Shown here piece after piece: positions 34,945 through 43,796 of a stretch of DNA of 64,000 bases. Within the stretch, counting starts at the first letter, position 1. Each line of letters starts with the position of its first letter. Under the pieces are notes generated by a model that had not been told where the DNA came from, did not search any database, and was given only the letters and a program-made list of their open reading frames with translations. Made by a program: the position numbers and the translations under genes. This stretch comes from Microcoleus sp. (GTDB lineage: Bacteria; Cyanobacteriota; Cyanobacteriia; Cyanobacteriales; Microcoleaceae): assembly GCA_042408215.1 (NCBI GenBank), contig JAYFMW010000028.1, forward strand, positions 64,001 to 128,000, in the 5' to 3' direction.

Positions 34945-36489
34945 CACTCCCCGGTCTAAAGACACGGGGATTCTTAAGGACAAACTTTGGGGGATGAATC
35001 CGCCCAAAGTTTAATTCTCAAAGGGTTAGTCAGAAACCCCCTACCCACTCGCTCAAGAATTGAGTCTATGGCAAATGATTGACTTTCTAATGATATTGGC
35101 TGCACCGTTAACATCTGCATTGATTAACAACCCAGCGCTAGAACAGTACAATCCTCTTTTGATTCTTTTACCCGATGGTTGCCAATTGTCAGGTTTTTCA
35201 CCGACTTTTACTGGCAAAATGTCTCGGTCTAAAAAACTTGCTTTTGATGTGTAAGATTCGTCTTGTTCAACAAATCGCCACCCTCTTAAGTCGCATTCTT
35301 GCTGGAGTCTATCTTTGACTTTAGCTGTGGGTATTTGGACAAAATTCTGATTAGTTACGACCCCCATATTAACCTCTTGCTTCTGTGCCTTGTTCCAGCC
35401 AAAGACTAAGACGTTTATTTGGTTATTTTCGCAATAATCTACGATGGTTCTAACTGCTTTGTTGACAGCATCTCTCATCCTTCTAGTGCGAGTTTCCGAC
35501 AACTGCTGCAATCTTTTTGACGAGAAACCTTTAGGCAGTTTATGTATTGCGTGTTCTGATTGAACTCTCGCTTTTTCTTTATTAAACCATTGGTTCCAAG
35601 ACTTGAGTCTAAGTCCATCAATGATGAAAGGTTTACCATTGCTAGAGACACAAGTTAACCAGTTATTGATGCCGCGATCGATGCCCAGAACCCCTGTCAC
35701 TTCCAAGCTGCAACTAGGGGCTTGTTCAGTCAGGGATTCGTAGACATATTCGACCCATACCGCACCATTTCTAGGGATTAACCTGAGTTCTTTGATCTGG
35801 CAATTCTTGATACGTTCAGGTAGCGGCACCCAAATCGCATCTTTCCCAAAGTATTCTTTTCCTTTTTTCCCCAGGGGTAATCTGATTTTATTTCCAATTA
35901 CCTTTAAGGCTTGACCGGGATATGAAACAGGGTACATTCCCCCTTTGGTTCTGTACCTTGGTAGTCTCGGTTTTTGATGGATTTCTCCTTGATTTGCCAA
36001 CTTCTCTAAGGCTCGGAAAGAAGTAAAAGATTCTGCGACAGATTTAAGAGATTGTTGGGCAACTTGAGAGTATAGCAACCCGTAATTTTCGTTGGTCTTG
36101 GCTATTTTATACAAATCTGGATATTTAACTACGCTTGGGTTCTTAAAGTATTGTTGCCGACTTTCATAGGTGCCGACATTGAACAGATTATTTGACCATC
36201 TTAGTAGTTGTTCGACAATGGTTTTGTCGAGTCCCTTTAAACGCCAAACATCTTTTTGTACAGCGTACATTTAATTTACTGGCTGTTATGATACTAGGTT
36301 GAGTATAGATCGTGAATTAACAAGTTAATTAATCCTAAACAAATCTTTACCTTGGTCTCAATTGCTAGAAGGATTTGTCCGGGGACGGTTAAACATTATG
36401 TTATCTTGAAACTTACGAACAGGCAGGATAAATCCTGCCACGCCCTTTCATCCCTGGACTAAAGTCACAGGGTTTTCAGGGTATTTCTT
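34941..36489 (-). mobile_element. IS200/IS605-family tnpB-only element inserted 3' of TTAT
   Basis: In element orientation: TTAT|aagaaataccctgAAAAccctgtgactttagtccaggg left-end hairpin; aGAATccccgtgtctttagaccggggagtgTCAA right end; no tnpA. Confidence 0.88.
35053..36270 (-). CDS. tnpB: TnpB RNA-guided nuclease; C-terminal tail probably cut by a +1 frameshift near 35060
   Basis: RuvC-I GID, VFGWN, ESYTSKAS, RuvC-III NADVNGAANI; removing one T gives the tail HRLNLERVGRGFLTNPLRIKLWADSSPKVCP*. Confidence 0.9.
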   Translation of the reverse strand: MYAVQKDVWRLKGLDKTIVEQLLRWSNNLFNVGTYESRQQYFKNPSVVKYPDLYKIAKTNENYGLLYSQVAQQSLKSVAESFTSFRALEKLANQGEIHQKPRLPRYRTKGGMYPVSYPGQALKVIGNKIRLPLGKKGKEYFGKDAIWVPLPERIKNCQIKELRLIPRNGAVWVEYVYESLTEQAPSCSLEVTGVLGIDRGINNWLTCVSSNGKPFIIDGLRLKSWNQWFNKEKARVQSEHAIHKLPKGFSSKRLQQLSETRTRRMRDAVNKAVRTIVDYCENNQINVLVFGWNKAQKQEVNMGVVTNQNFVQIPTAKVKDRLQQECDLRGWRFVEQDESYTSKASFLDRDILPVKVGEKPDNWQPSGKRIKRGLYCSSAGLLINADVNGAANIIRKSIICHRLNS

Positions 36490-36510
36490 ATAAGAGAGGG
36501 AGATAGGGAA

Positions 36511-36856
36511 TTGGGCATTGGGCATTGGGCATTGGGCATTGGGCATTGGGCATTGGGCATTGGGCATTGGGCATTGGGCATTGGGCATTGGGCATTGGGC
36601 ATTGGGCATTGGGCATTGGGCATCGGGCATTGGGCATTGGGCATTGGGCATTGGGCATTGGGCATTGGGCATTGGGCATTGGGCAGTTAAAACTTTCTTC
36701 TTTCTTCTCTCTTCCTTCTTCCTTCGCCTCCCCCTTCTTCCATCTTCCTTCTTCCATCTTCCATCTTCCATCTTCCATCTTCTCTCTTCCATCTTCCATC
36801 TTCCATCTGCCATCTTCTCTCTTCCATCTTCCTTCTTCCTTCGCCTCCCTTCTTCC
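36511..36856. repeat. STRR arrays: (TTGGGCA)x25 followed by a pyrimidine-rich (CTTCCAT)-type tract
   Basis: Visible tandem heptamers. Confidence 0.93.
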
Positions 36857-37009
36857 TAGAAATATGTTAAGAAACATAGCTAAATTTTAAGCTTAGTTGC
36901 AAAAATGAGGGGTTTTCACCCCACAAAGAGCGAGAGTGGTAACTTTGATGACAAGATGTCAGCCTCTTTGACAACATATCAGATTCAAAGTTATCTAGGA
37001 TAAAAAAAT

Positions 37010-37186
37010 ATGTACGATAAACGTCCCGATCGAGATTGGGCCACTGCTGCTGTTACTGCGGCTTTAGGAGCTGGGGTTGTCACCTCTTTTGCCGTCAGCC
37101 GAGGGCAAAATCCTCTGGTAGCTTTGGGAATTACGGTTTTTGCAGCGGGAGTAGCTTTAATTTGCGATCGGTTTGGCTTAATTTAA
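37010..37186 (+). CDS. Small two-helix membrane protein (58 aa; not in ORF track)
   Basis: Manual translation MYDKRPDRDWATAAVTAALGAGVVTSFAVSRGQNPLVALGITVFAAGVALICDRFGLI*; agga upstream; hydrophobic hairpin. Confidence 0.7.
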   Translation: MYDKRPDRDWATAAVTAALGAGVVTSFAVSRGQNPLVALGITVFAAGVALICDRFGLI

Positions 37187-37346
37187 GGAAGCTCTCACTC
37201 TTTGACAACATACTGAATCAGCAGTACACAAAATCCCCGCCCCTCTTTGACAACATCTGCAACAAGCAAAGGCGGGGATATCTTTGAAAACATACTATGG
37301 CGGGCGCAATAAGTAGTATTTTTAGCGACAGCCGGATCAAATATTA

Positions 37347-37751
37347 TTGACACTCTCAGGGCTAAAGCCACTGAGATTCTGCGGACAGAGTAAAACTCTC
37401 GCTACGACCGTCAAACGCCGTCTACCTAGTCACCAATCGTCAAGCGATAGTTTCTAGCTACTTTTATTTTTTCCAATGCTTTCAGAATCCATCACTAAGC
37501 CAAGACGCGGTACGCTCCGCAACCTGCCTTTATTTGCTCTTTCCTGTCATACTGCGCCAGGACTTAAACCTAACCGTTGTTTCATAGGAGCCGGGATTTC
37601 TCCGATACTAGGATGCTTCAACACGTAGATGTTTTTTGTTCTTACTCACGATCTAATTTTAACACAAATACCACTGCGACTGAAGTCGCTCGTGCCGCTT
37701 CCCTAGGAAGGGCTAAAGCCACTGAGTTTCCCGCATCCCGTATTAATTTTT
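37347..37751 (-). mobile_element. ORF-less IS200/IS605-derived element (405 bp) inserted 3' of TCAT
   Basis: Both ends share ctcagtggctttagccc; right end aGAATctcagtggctttagccctgagagtgTCAA; left end TCAT|aaaaattaat...cggGAAActcagtgg. Confidence 0.78.
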
Positions 37752-38080
37752 ATGAATAAGAACTAAAAACAGTTCATCTCTTCGATCGCATCCCAGCCTC
37801 AAAGGCTAAGATGTGCCTCAAACTCTCTTTGATAACTCTTTGATCGCATACCCTGAGTCTTGCATCTCTAGAATCGGCAATGCTATCTTGGCTATTATCT
37901 GTAGTTATTTTTGAGTGTAATTTTTTTCCAAAAACGGGTGCTTCGCGTCAACAGGTAGAACTTAGCCTTGATAGATCCCAAGCCTGCCACTCTTCGGTAA
38001 CATCTCATCTCTTTGATAATATCGGTCGTTTGCTCACACAACCCATCCACCTCTTTGATAACATCTCACACTAAAAAGTT

Positions 38081-39475
38081 ATGGAATCCCTGGCCTACCT
38101 CGAACTTGTTCTTGCTTCCGAAGCACCCGCAGATTCTAAAATCTGTGAGGGGCTGAAGTGGAAACATCTATCCAGTCAGACTTACATCCATTTGCTGTCT
38201 CTGGCTTTAATGCTGTCGGTTTTGAGTGCAGCTAGTTCGGCTTTTGCTCAAATAGATCCAAGATACCCAAATTTGCGATCGGTTCAAGATCAATTGCGGG
38301 AGCTCGGCTATTTCAACAGAAGTTCCACCGGTCAACTGGGCCCGGTGACTCAACAAGCTCTAACCAACTTCCAGCGAGACTATCAACTGTCGCTGACTGG
38401 AAGGCCCGATCGAGATACTGCGATCGCGCTCAATAGTTTGGCGGGCCTTGACACTCAACCTTTGAGAACCTCTTTGACAACCTCTTTGACAACCTCTGTG
38501 ACAAAATACTATACAAATTATCGGGAGTTGCATTTTGGCGATCGAGGTGCAGATGTTTCGTCTCTTCAGCACAGGTTACAGGAGCTAGGCTATTTCAATA
38601 CACATCCAACTGGCAGTTTTCGCGAAGTTACTCTACAAGCCCTTAAAGCCTTCCAGCGAGTTAATCGACTGCGAGTGACGGGTGTTGCTGACAGCCAAAC
38701 TTTAGCTTTGCTGTTTAGCTCAACAGCGCCGATTGGCCCTGTGACGATTCCTGGCAATATTTCGGGAAATGGCGCTTGTAAGGGACTCAGGTTCGGGGAC
38801 AGAGGCCCAACTGTTGACTTGATTCAGCGACAGTTAAAAGTTTTGGGCTATTTTGAAGGCTCAGTAGATGGCAAGTTTAGAGAACGCACTCTCTACGCTG
38901 TGACAAGTTTCCAGCAAGATTACAATCTTGTTTCTGACGGCTGCGCTGACACTGCTACTTTGATTGCTATAGATTCAAGGTTGAGGGCATTTGTGCCGAC
39001 TTCTCCTCACTTCGATCGGCACGATCGTGAATCTAGTCGCTCCGGCTACACTCGCAGACAAGTAATCGCCCTGCAAAGGCAGTTGGCAGAACTGGATTAT
39101 TACAATGGCTCCATCGACGGTGTTTTTGACGAAGGGGTTCGAGATGCCCTGATCCGGTTTCAGGAAGACAATTCGCTACCGACAACTGGGAAGCTCGATC
39201 GCAATACTCAGGTGAGATTAAAGAGAGTCCTCGCACAGAGGAGAACCCCACAAGAATTCACACTGCGACGGGGCGATCGAATCCCTGCTGTGCCGATTAG
39301 CAGCAGTTCCAACTCTCGATCGAGCGTCTTGCAGTTGCAAAGGCGATTGCAAGACCTCGGCTTTTACAATGGCCCGCTGAGTGGAGTTTTTGATGCTCCG
39401 ACAGGAGCCGCCCTCGACCAAGCTCAGCGCAGTTACGGGGTCAGCAGTGACGATTTGTTCAGCCAAACTTTCTAG
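38081..39475 (+). CDS. Multi-peptidoglycan-binding-domain protein (Alr1690-like)
   Basis: MESLAYL N-terminus, signal/TM, five LQ..L..LGY...G.F...T..A...FQ repeats; convergent with furA. Confidence 0.85.
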   Translation: MESLAYLELVLASEAPADSKICEGLKWKHLSSQTYIHLLSLALMLSVLSAASSAFAQIDPRYPNLRSVQDQLRELGYFNRSSTGQLGPVTQQALTNFQRDYQLSLTGRPDRDTAIALNSLAGLDTQPLRTSLTTSLTTSVTKYYTNYRELHFGDRGADVSSLQHRLQELGYFNTHPTGSFREVTLQALKAFQRVNRLRVTGVADSQTLALLFSSTAPIGPVTIPGNISGNGACKGLRFGDRGPTVDLIQRQLKVLGYFEGSVDGKFRERTLYAVTSFQQDYNLVSDGCADTATLIAIDSRLRAFVPTSPHFDRHDRESSRSGYTRRQVIALQRQLAELDYYNGSIDGVFDEGVRDALIRFQEDNSLPTTGKLDRNTQVRLKRVLAQRRTPQEFTLRRGDRIPAVPISSSSNSRSSVLQLQRRLQDLGFYNGPLSGVFDAPTGAALDQAQRSYGVSSDDLFSQTF

Positions 39476-39544
39476 CAGTTGCACCGCTAGGTTTTGTTAA
39501 TTGTTGTAACAATTCGTACTTTCAATGCGAAAATAGGTGTATAA

Positions 39545-40069
39545 TCACTGGTCTGAATCCGGGGCGTTGCCGTTTTGGGCGATCGACCTCGGACAAGACC
39601 AATTGCTAGAAACCAAAGACGGCCATCCCATTCTCAAAGCTTCGTGACAAACAGTATGAATGGTGAGCTGGCAGTCTAGCAGGTGCAACCCTGACTTTTC
39701 AGCTTGCTTCATGCCAATTTTTAAGATCGAATCGTTGTTAAATTCGATCGTTCTGTTGCACTGAACGCAGACTAGGTGGTGGTGGTGGTGCGGGTAAGGC
39801 TGGTTTATTTCATAGTGTTTGTGACCTTCTGCTAGTTCGAGTTCCCGGAGAAGGCTCATCCTTGCCATTAACTTTAAAGTTCGGTAAATGGTGGACAAGC
39901 TAATGTTTTCCCCGCGATTTTTTAACAAAGTGTACAAATCCTCGGCGCTCAGGTGATTGCCTTTGGGGAGGTTCTGAAAAACGTGCAAGATGGTTTCCCG
40001 TTGGGGAGTCATCCGCCAGCCTTTGTCATTGAGTTCGGATTTAAACGAGGACGCGGTATAAAGTGCCAT
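39545..40069 (-). CDS. furA: Ferric uptake regulator (FurA type)
   Basis: GWRMTPQRETIL, HLSAEDLY, STIYRTL, HHHHHLVCVQC; downstream of sigC. Confidence 0.88.
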   Translation of the reverse strand: MALYTASSFKSELNDKGWRMTPQRETILHVFQNLPKGNHLSAEDLYTLLKNRGENISLSTIYRTLKLMARMSLLRELELAEGHKHYEINQPYPHHHHHLVCVQCNRTIEFNNDSILKIGMKQAEKSGLHLLDCQLTIHTVCHEALRMGWPSLVSSNWSCPRSIAQNGNAPDSDQ

Positions 40070-40362
40070 CTGACCCTCTCAAGAAAGTCTGCCTATTGAC
40101 AATAATACACAACGAGCGGGATATTTTTCAAATATCGGAGCTGATTGAAAAAAGGTTTAAGTAGAAGAGAAATGGAAGTCGAGAAATGGAAGTCGGAAGA
40201 ACGCTCATACAGCAAGCTTTTTAGCCACCTGTATCTGACTTTTAATCAGGTGGATTTACTGACCCAAAAATCTGGTTTTTGATAATTTCTGAAAAAAGCA
40301 GAGCCCCGATTTCTTTAAGAAGTCGGGGCTCTAACAGCTATGGCATTCTGGTTTCGGCAACT

Positions 40363-41628
40363 TTAGCCGAGAGACTCCAGATAGTCGCGAACGCGGTTGC
40401 GACGCTTGGGCTGGCGTAGCTTTTGCAAAGCTTTAGCTTCAATTTGGCGGACTCGCTCGCGGGACAAGTCGAGAGCACGACCAATTTCTGCCAGGGAGTA
40501 GGGGTGTCCGTCACCCAAACCGAACCGCATCAGAATCACATCGCGCTCGCGGCTACTCAAATCTGCCAACAGTTGCTGCAAGTCGCGGTGCAGGGCTTCT
40601 CGCATCAGCATTTCTTCCGGGGAGATGGAAGGGGTTTCGAGCAAGTCGCCGAGCTCCGTATCTTTCTCATTGCCCACTTTAGTTTCTAGGGACACAGAGC
40701 GAGGTACTCGCAGCAAGACATCCCGCACTTGGGGCGCTGTCATGTTCAACTCGATCGCAATGTCTTCGATCGTAGCTGTGCGGCCTTTTTCTTGAGAAAT
40801 TTTGCGCTGGGCTTTTTTTATTTTGTTAAGTTTCTCGGTGATGTGCACCGGGAGGCGGATGGTACGGCTTTGAGTAGCTATAGCCCGCGTAATTCCCTGG
40901 CGAATCCACCAGTATGCGTAAGTGCTAAACCGATAGCCCCGAGTCGGGTCGAACTTTTCTACAGCTCGTTCCAGTCCGAGAGTACCTTCTTGTATTAAAT
41001 CCAACAGTTCTAAACCGCGATTTTGATATTTTTTGGCTACTGAAACCACCAGGCGCAGGTTCGCCTTGATCATGTGGTCTTTTGCTTCGATGCCTTCTGT
41101 TTGAATTCTTTCGATCGTCTCCACCGTCATCTCTGCTATCTCGGCCCAGTGGCGTTTGCCTTCGACCATCATTCGCTTGAGTTCAGGTACGTCAGCGATA
41201 CCGGCTGTCGTGGCCCAGCGTTCCAGGGAAGGTCTGTGCCCCAATTGTGCGGCCAAGCGATCGCGCACCTCGATTAAATGCACGAATCCCTGAATCTTGC
41301 CTTCCTGCTGCTCTGCGGCGGTGTTACGCAATTCCAGCAATTTGATATAGCGCTGAACTTTTTGGGCTTCGGAGACTTCCTCGTCTCGACCTAAAAGACG
41401 AACCCGACCTATTTCTTGGAGGTACAGGCGCACTAAATCTGTAGTGCGACGGCTGGCATTTTTTTGCAATTTGGCCTCATGGTCTGCATCCTCAGCCTCT
41501 GTTGCATCTTGGTCGATGAGTTCGTCCCCAGCTTCTTCAGCATCTTCATCCAACACATCATCTTGCAAGGGATTGACTCGCAGTCGTTCGTCGAATTCAG
41601 CTTCAGCGTAAAAAGAGGTGGCTGGCAT
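40363..41628 (-). CDS. sigC: Group 2 sigma factor SigC
   Basis: MPATSFY start, TTDLVRLYLQEIG, ANLRLVVSVAKKY, KFDPTRGYRFSTYAYWWIRQ, RERVRQIE. Confidence 0.9.
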   Translation of the reverse strand: MPATSFYAEAEFDERLRVNPLQDDVLDEDAEEAGDELIDQDATEAEDADHEAKLQKNASRRTTDLVRLYLQEIGRVRLLGRDEEVSEAQKVQRYIKLLELRNTAAEQQEGKIQGFVHLIEVRDRLAAQLGHRPSLERWATTAGIADVPELKRMMVEGKRHWAEIAEMTVETIERIQTEGIEAKDHMIKANLRLVVSVAKKYQNRGLELLDLIQEGTLGLERAVEKFDPTRGYRFSTYAYWWIRQGITRAIATQSRTIRLPVHITEKLNKIKKAQRKISQEKGRTATIEDIAIELNMTAPQVRDVLLRVPRSVSLETKVGNEKDTELGDLLETPSISPEEMLMREALHRDLQQLLADLSSRERDVILMRFGLGDGHPYSLAEIGRALDLSRERVRQIEAKALQKLRQPKRRNRVRDYLESLG

Positions 41629-42004
41629 AGTGATTTTCTCAGTTGCTCCGGGTGAAAAGATGCTACGCTTAGCGGTCATTTGTATTTATGATGCCCATTT
41701 TGTCAAGACGAAGCATCACCGCTATTTGTTTCTCTACTAATTTTCCTGACCTTTCTACTGTTTGCCGATCGAACTTTGGCTGCCCATCTTGTTTTGGTAA
41801 CTTTCAGGAAAATGCCAAGAACTTTCTGATGTAACAGGTTGAGGCCCCGGAAAGTGCGTTGTACTTCTCTGTTTATGTAGCTAGTATAGAGAGTGACTAG
41901 CTAGAAACAAGTGACTTTCGTCAGAAGTTAAGTTAATCTTCATCACCGATCGCCTGGTTCCCGATCACTTCTCAAAATTCCTGGTTTTTTTAATAAAACT
42001 TTAT

Positions 42005-42302
42005 AAAGAATACCCTGAACACCCTGTGACTTTAGTCCAGGGATGAAAGGGCGTTGCAGGATTTATCCAGCCAGCCCTCTTTATGCAAGACACAAACCAC
42101 ATTCTGTTACCAGAAAAATGTGGGATGGATACACAGACGCAGGTCTGGGAAGCAAATGCCTACCACAAGTAGCCATAGGCTCAGCAATGGGCGAGTGGGT
42201 AGTGGGTTATTGACAAACCCTTTAAGGAGCAAGATTTGGGTGGATTCATCCCCCAAAGTTTGTCCTTAAGAATCCCCGTGTCTTTAGACCGGGGAGTGTC
42301 AA
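42005..42302 (+). mobile_element. Internally deleted relative (298 bp) of the tnpB element at 34941-36489
   Basis: TTAT|aaagaataccctgaacaccctgtgactttagtccagggatgaaagggcg left end and ...gaatccccgtgtctttagaccggggagtgTCAA right end nearly identical to the full element. Confidence 0.9.
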
Positions 42303-42376
42303 ATAACTCTCCGAGCGATCTATAAAAGCAATAAACCGTTAACCTAGGTTATAGCCCGCAGTTTAAGGGCGAGAAA

Positions 42377-43738
42377 CTGTAACTAGATTGTTAGACAAAG
42401 TTGCCCATATTTGCCCAATCGTGGGTAGCTTTTGTCTTCTGTTAGATTTTCCATACTTGCTGCGGTGTCTGATATTGGTCACAATAAGACAGTGCAAGCA
42501 AGAAATATATGCCGCGATCCAAATAAAGGAATGCCATGCTACTCGGATTTAAAACCGAATTAAAACTCAATGCCCGACAGCGAATACTGCTAGCCAAACA
42601 TTGTGGGGTAGCGCGTCACGCTTGGAACTGGGGGCTGTGGTTGACCAAAAACATTCTCGACCACAATAAATCCAATCCCAACGAAAAACTCAAATTTCCT
42701 ACAGCTATTGACCTGCACAAACTGTTAGTAGCTTTGGTGAAATCAGAGAATGCTTGGTATTACGAGTGCAGCAAATCTACACCGCAGAGCGCATTAATAG
42801 CATTGCGAGAAGCATGGAAGCGGTGTTTTAAAAAGACTGCTGGGGTACCGAAGTTTAAGAAAAAAGGACGGCGAGATTCTTTCACGTTGGAAGGGACAGT
42901 CAAAATAAGCGGGAGTAACAAAATCCAAGTTCCTGTAATTGGCGTCCTCAAGACTTATGAAAGGCTACCACAAGTATCAACTTGCGTCTTGCGCGATATC
43001 CCGGATTGCCGACAGGTGGTCGATCAGTTTCAGGTTTGATGTAGAACAGCAAGAGTCATGCCAAACAGACATTGTAGGAGTTGACCTCGGTATTAAAGCA
43101 TTGGCTACTCTCTCAACAGGTGAAGTAGTTATCGGTGCTAAATCCTACAAAAAATATGCAGCAAAACTCTCAAGGATGCAATGGTTGAGTCGCCATAAAG
43201 TCATCGGTTCGAGCAATTGGGAAAAAGCACAAGTCAAGATAGCTGGACTGCATAGAAAGATAGCTAACATCCGTAAAGATACGTTGCACAAACTAACGAC
43301 ATTACTTGCCAAAAACCACGGTGTAATTGTCATAGAAGATTTGAATGTATCTGGGATGATGGCTAATCATAAACTGGCGGGAGCGGTGGCTGATATGGGT
43401 TTCTTTGAATTCCGACGCCATCTCACCTACAAATGCAAGTTGTACGGTTCAAAGTTGGTAATAGTTGACCGTTGGTTCCCAAGCTCAAAAACCTGTTCTA
43501 ATTGTGGAACCAAAAAAGAAACATTCTCTCTTTGTGAGCGAATGTTTGAATGCAGCCATTGTGGTTTTAAGATTGACCGCGACTTAAATGCGGCGATTAA
43601 TTTGTCAAAAACCGTCAGTTAGACGGGGATAGCCTGCGGACTGGTGAGTGCCGACACTACCAGGTTGAAACAGGAAGTAAGGTTCAAAGTTCAGCTTTGT
43701 ATAAAGTTGGGTAGCTTTGGGTAAGTCTTATGTAACGG
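42377..43738 (+). mobile_element. Probable IS607-type tnpB-only element; left boundary approximate
   Basis: Short repeats (ttgccca, gggtagcttt) at both ends, 3' end ...gtaacgg, no terminal TCAA hairpin, no serine recombinase gene. Confidence 0.6.
42536..43622 (+). CDS. tnpB: TnpB split by a +1 frameshift at ~42983
   Basis: HTH N-terminus in ORF 42536; GVDLG, VIEDL, CSNC..CSHC, DRDLNAA in ORF 42939; removing one T of acttgcg joins them. Confidence 0.85.
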
Positions 43739-43796
43739 TTTATTGCTTTTTGGCGATTCCCTGGCGACGGGCTGGGGAGGTGCCAGAAAATTAAAA

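Noticed and set aside
36448..36890. ORFs MPNAQCP / GIGHWAL
   Set aside because: Translations of the TTGGGCA and CTTCCAT heptamer arrays.
42054..42269. 71-aa ORF in the mini-element
   Set aside because: Its end is the remnant TnpB C-terminal tail overlapping the omega-RNA; TTG start inside the left end; no support as an independent gene.
42960..43000. Programmed frameshift in the second tnpB
   Set aside because: No slippery heptamer at the site, and tnpB is not known to need one; a single duplicated T explains it.
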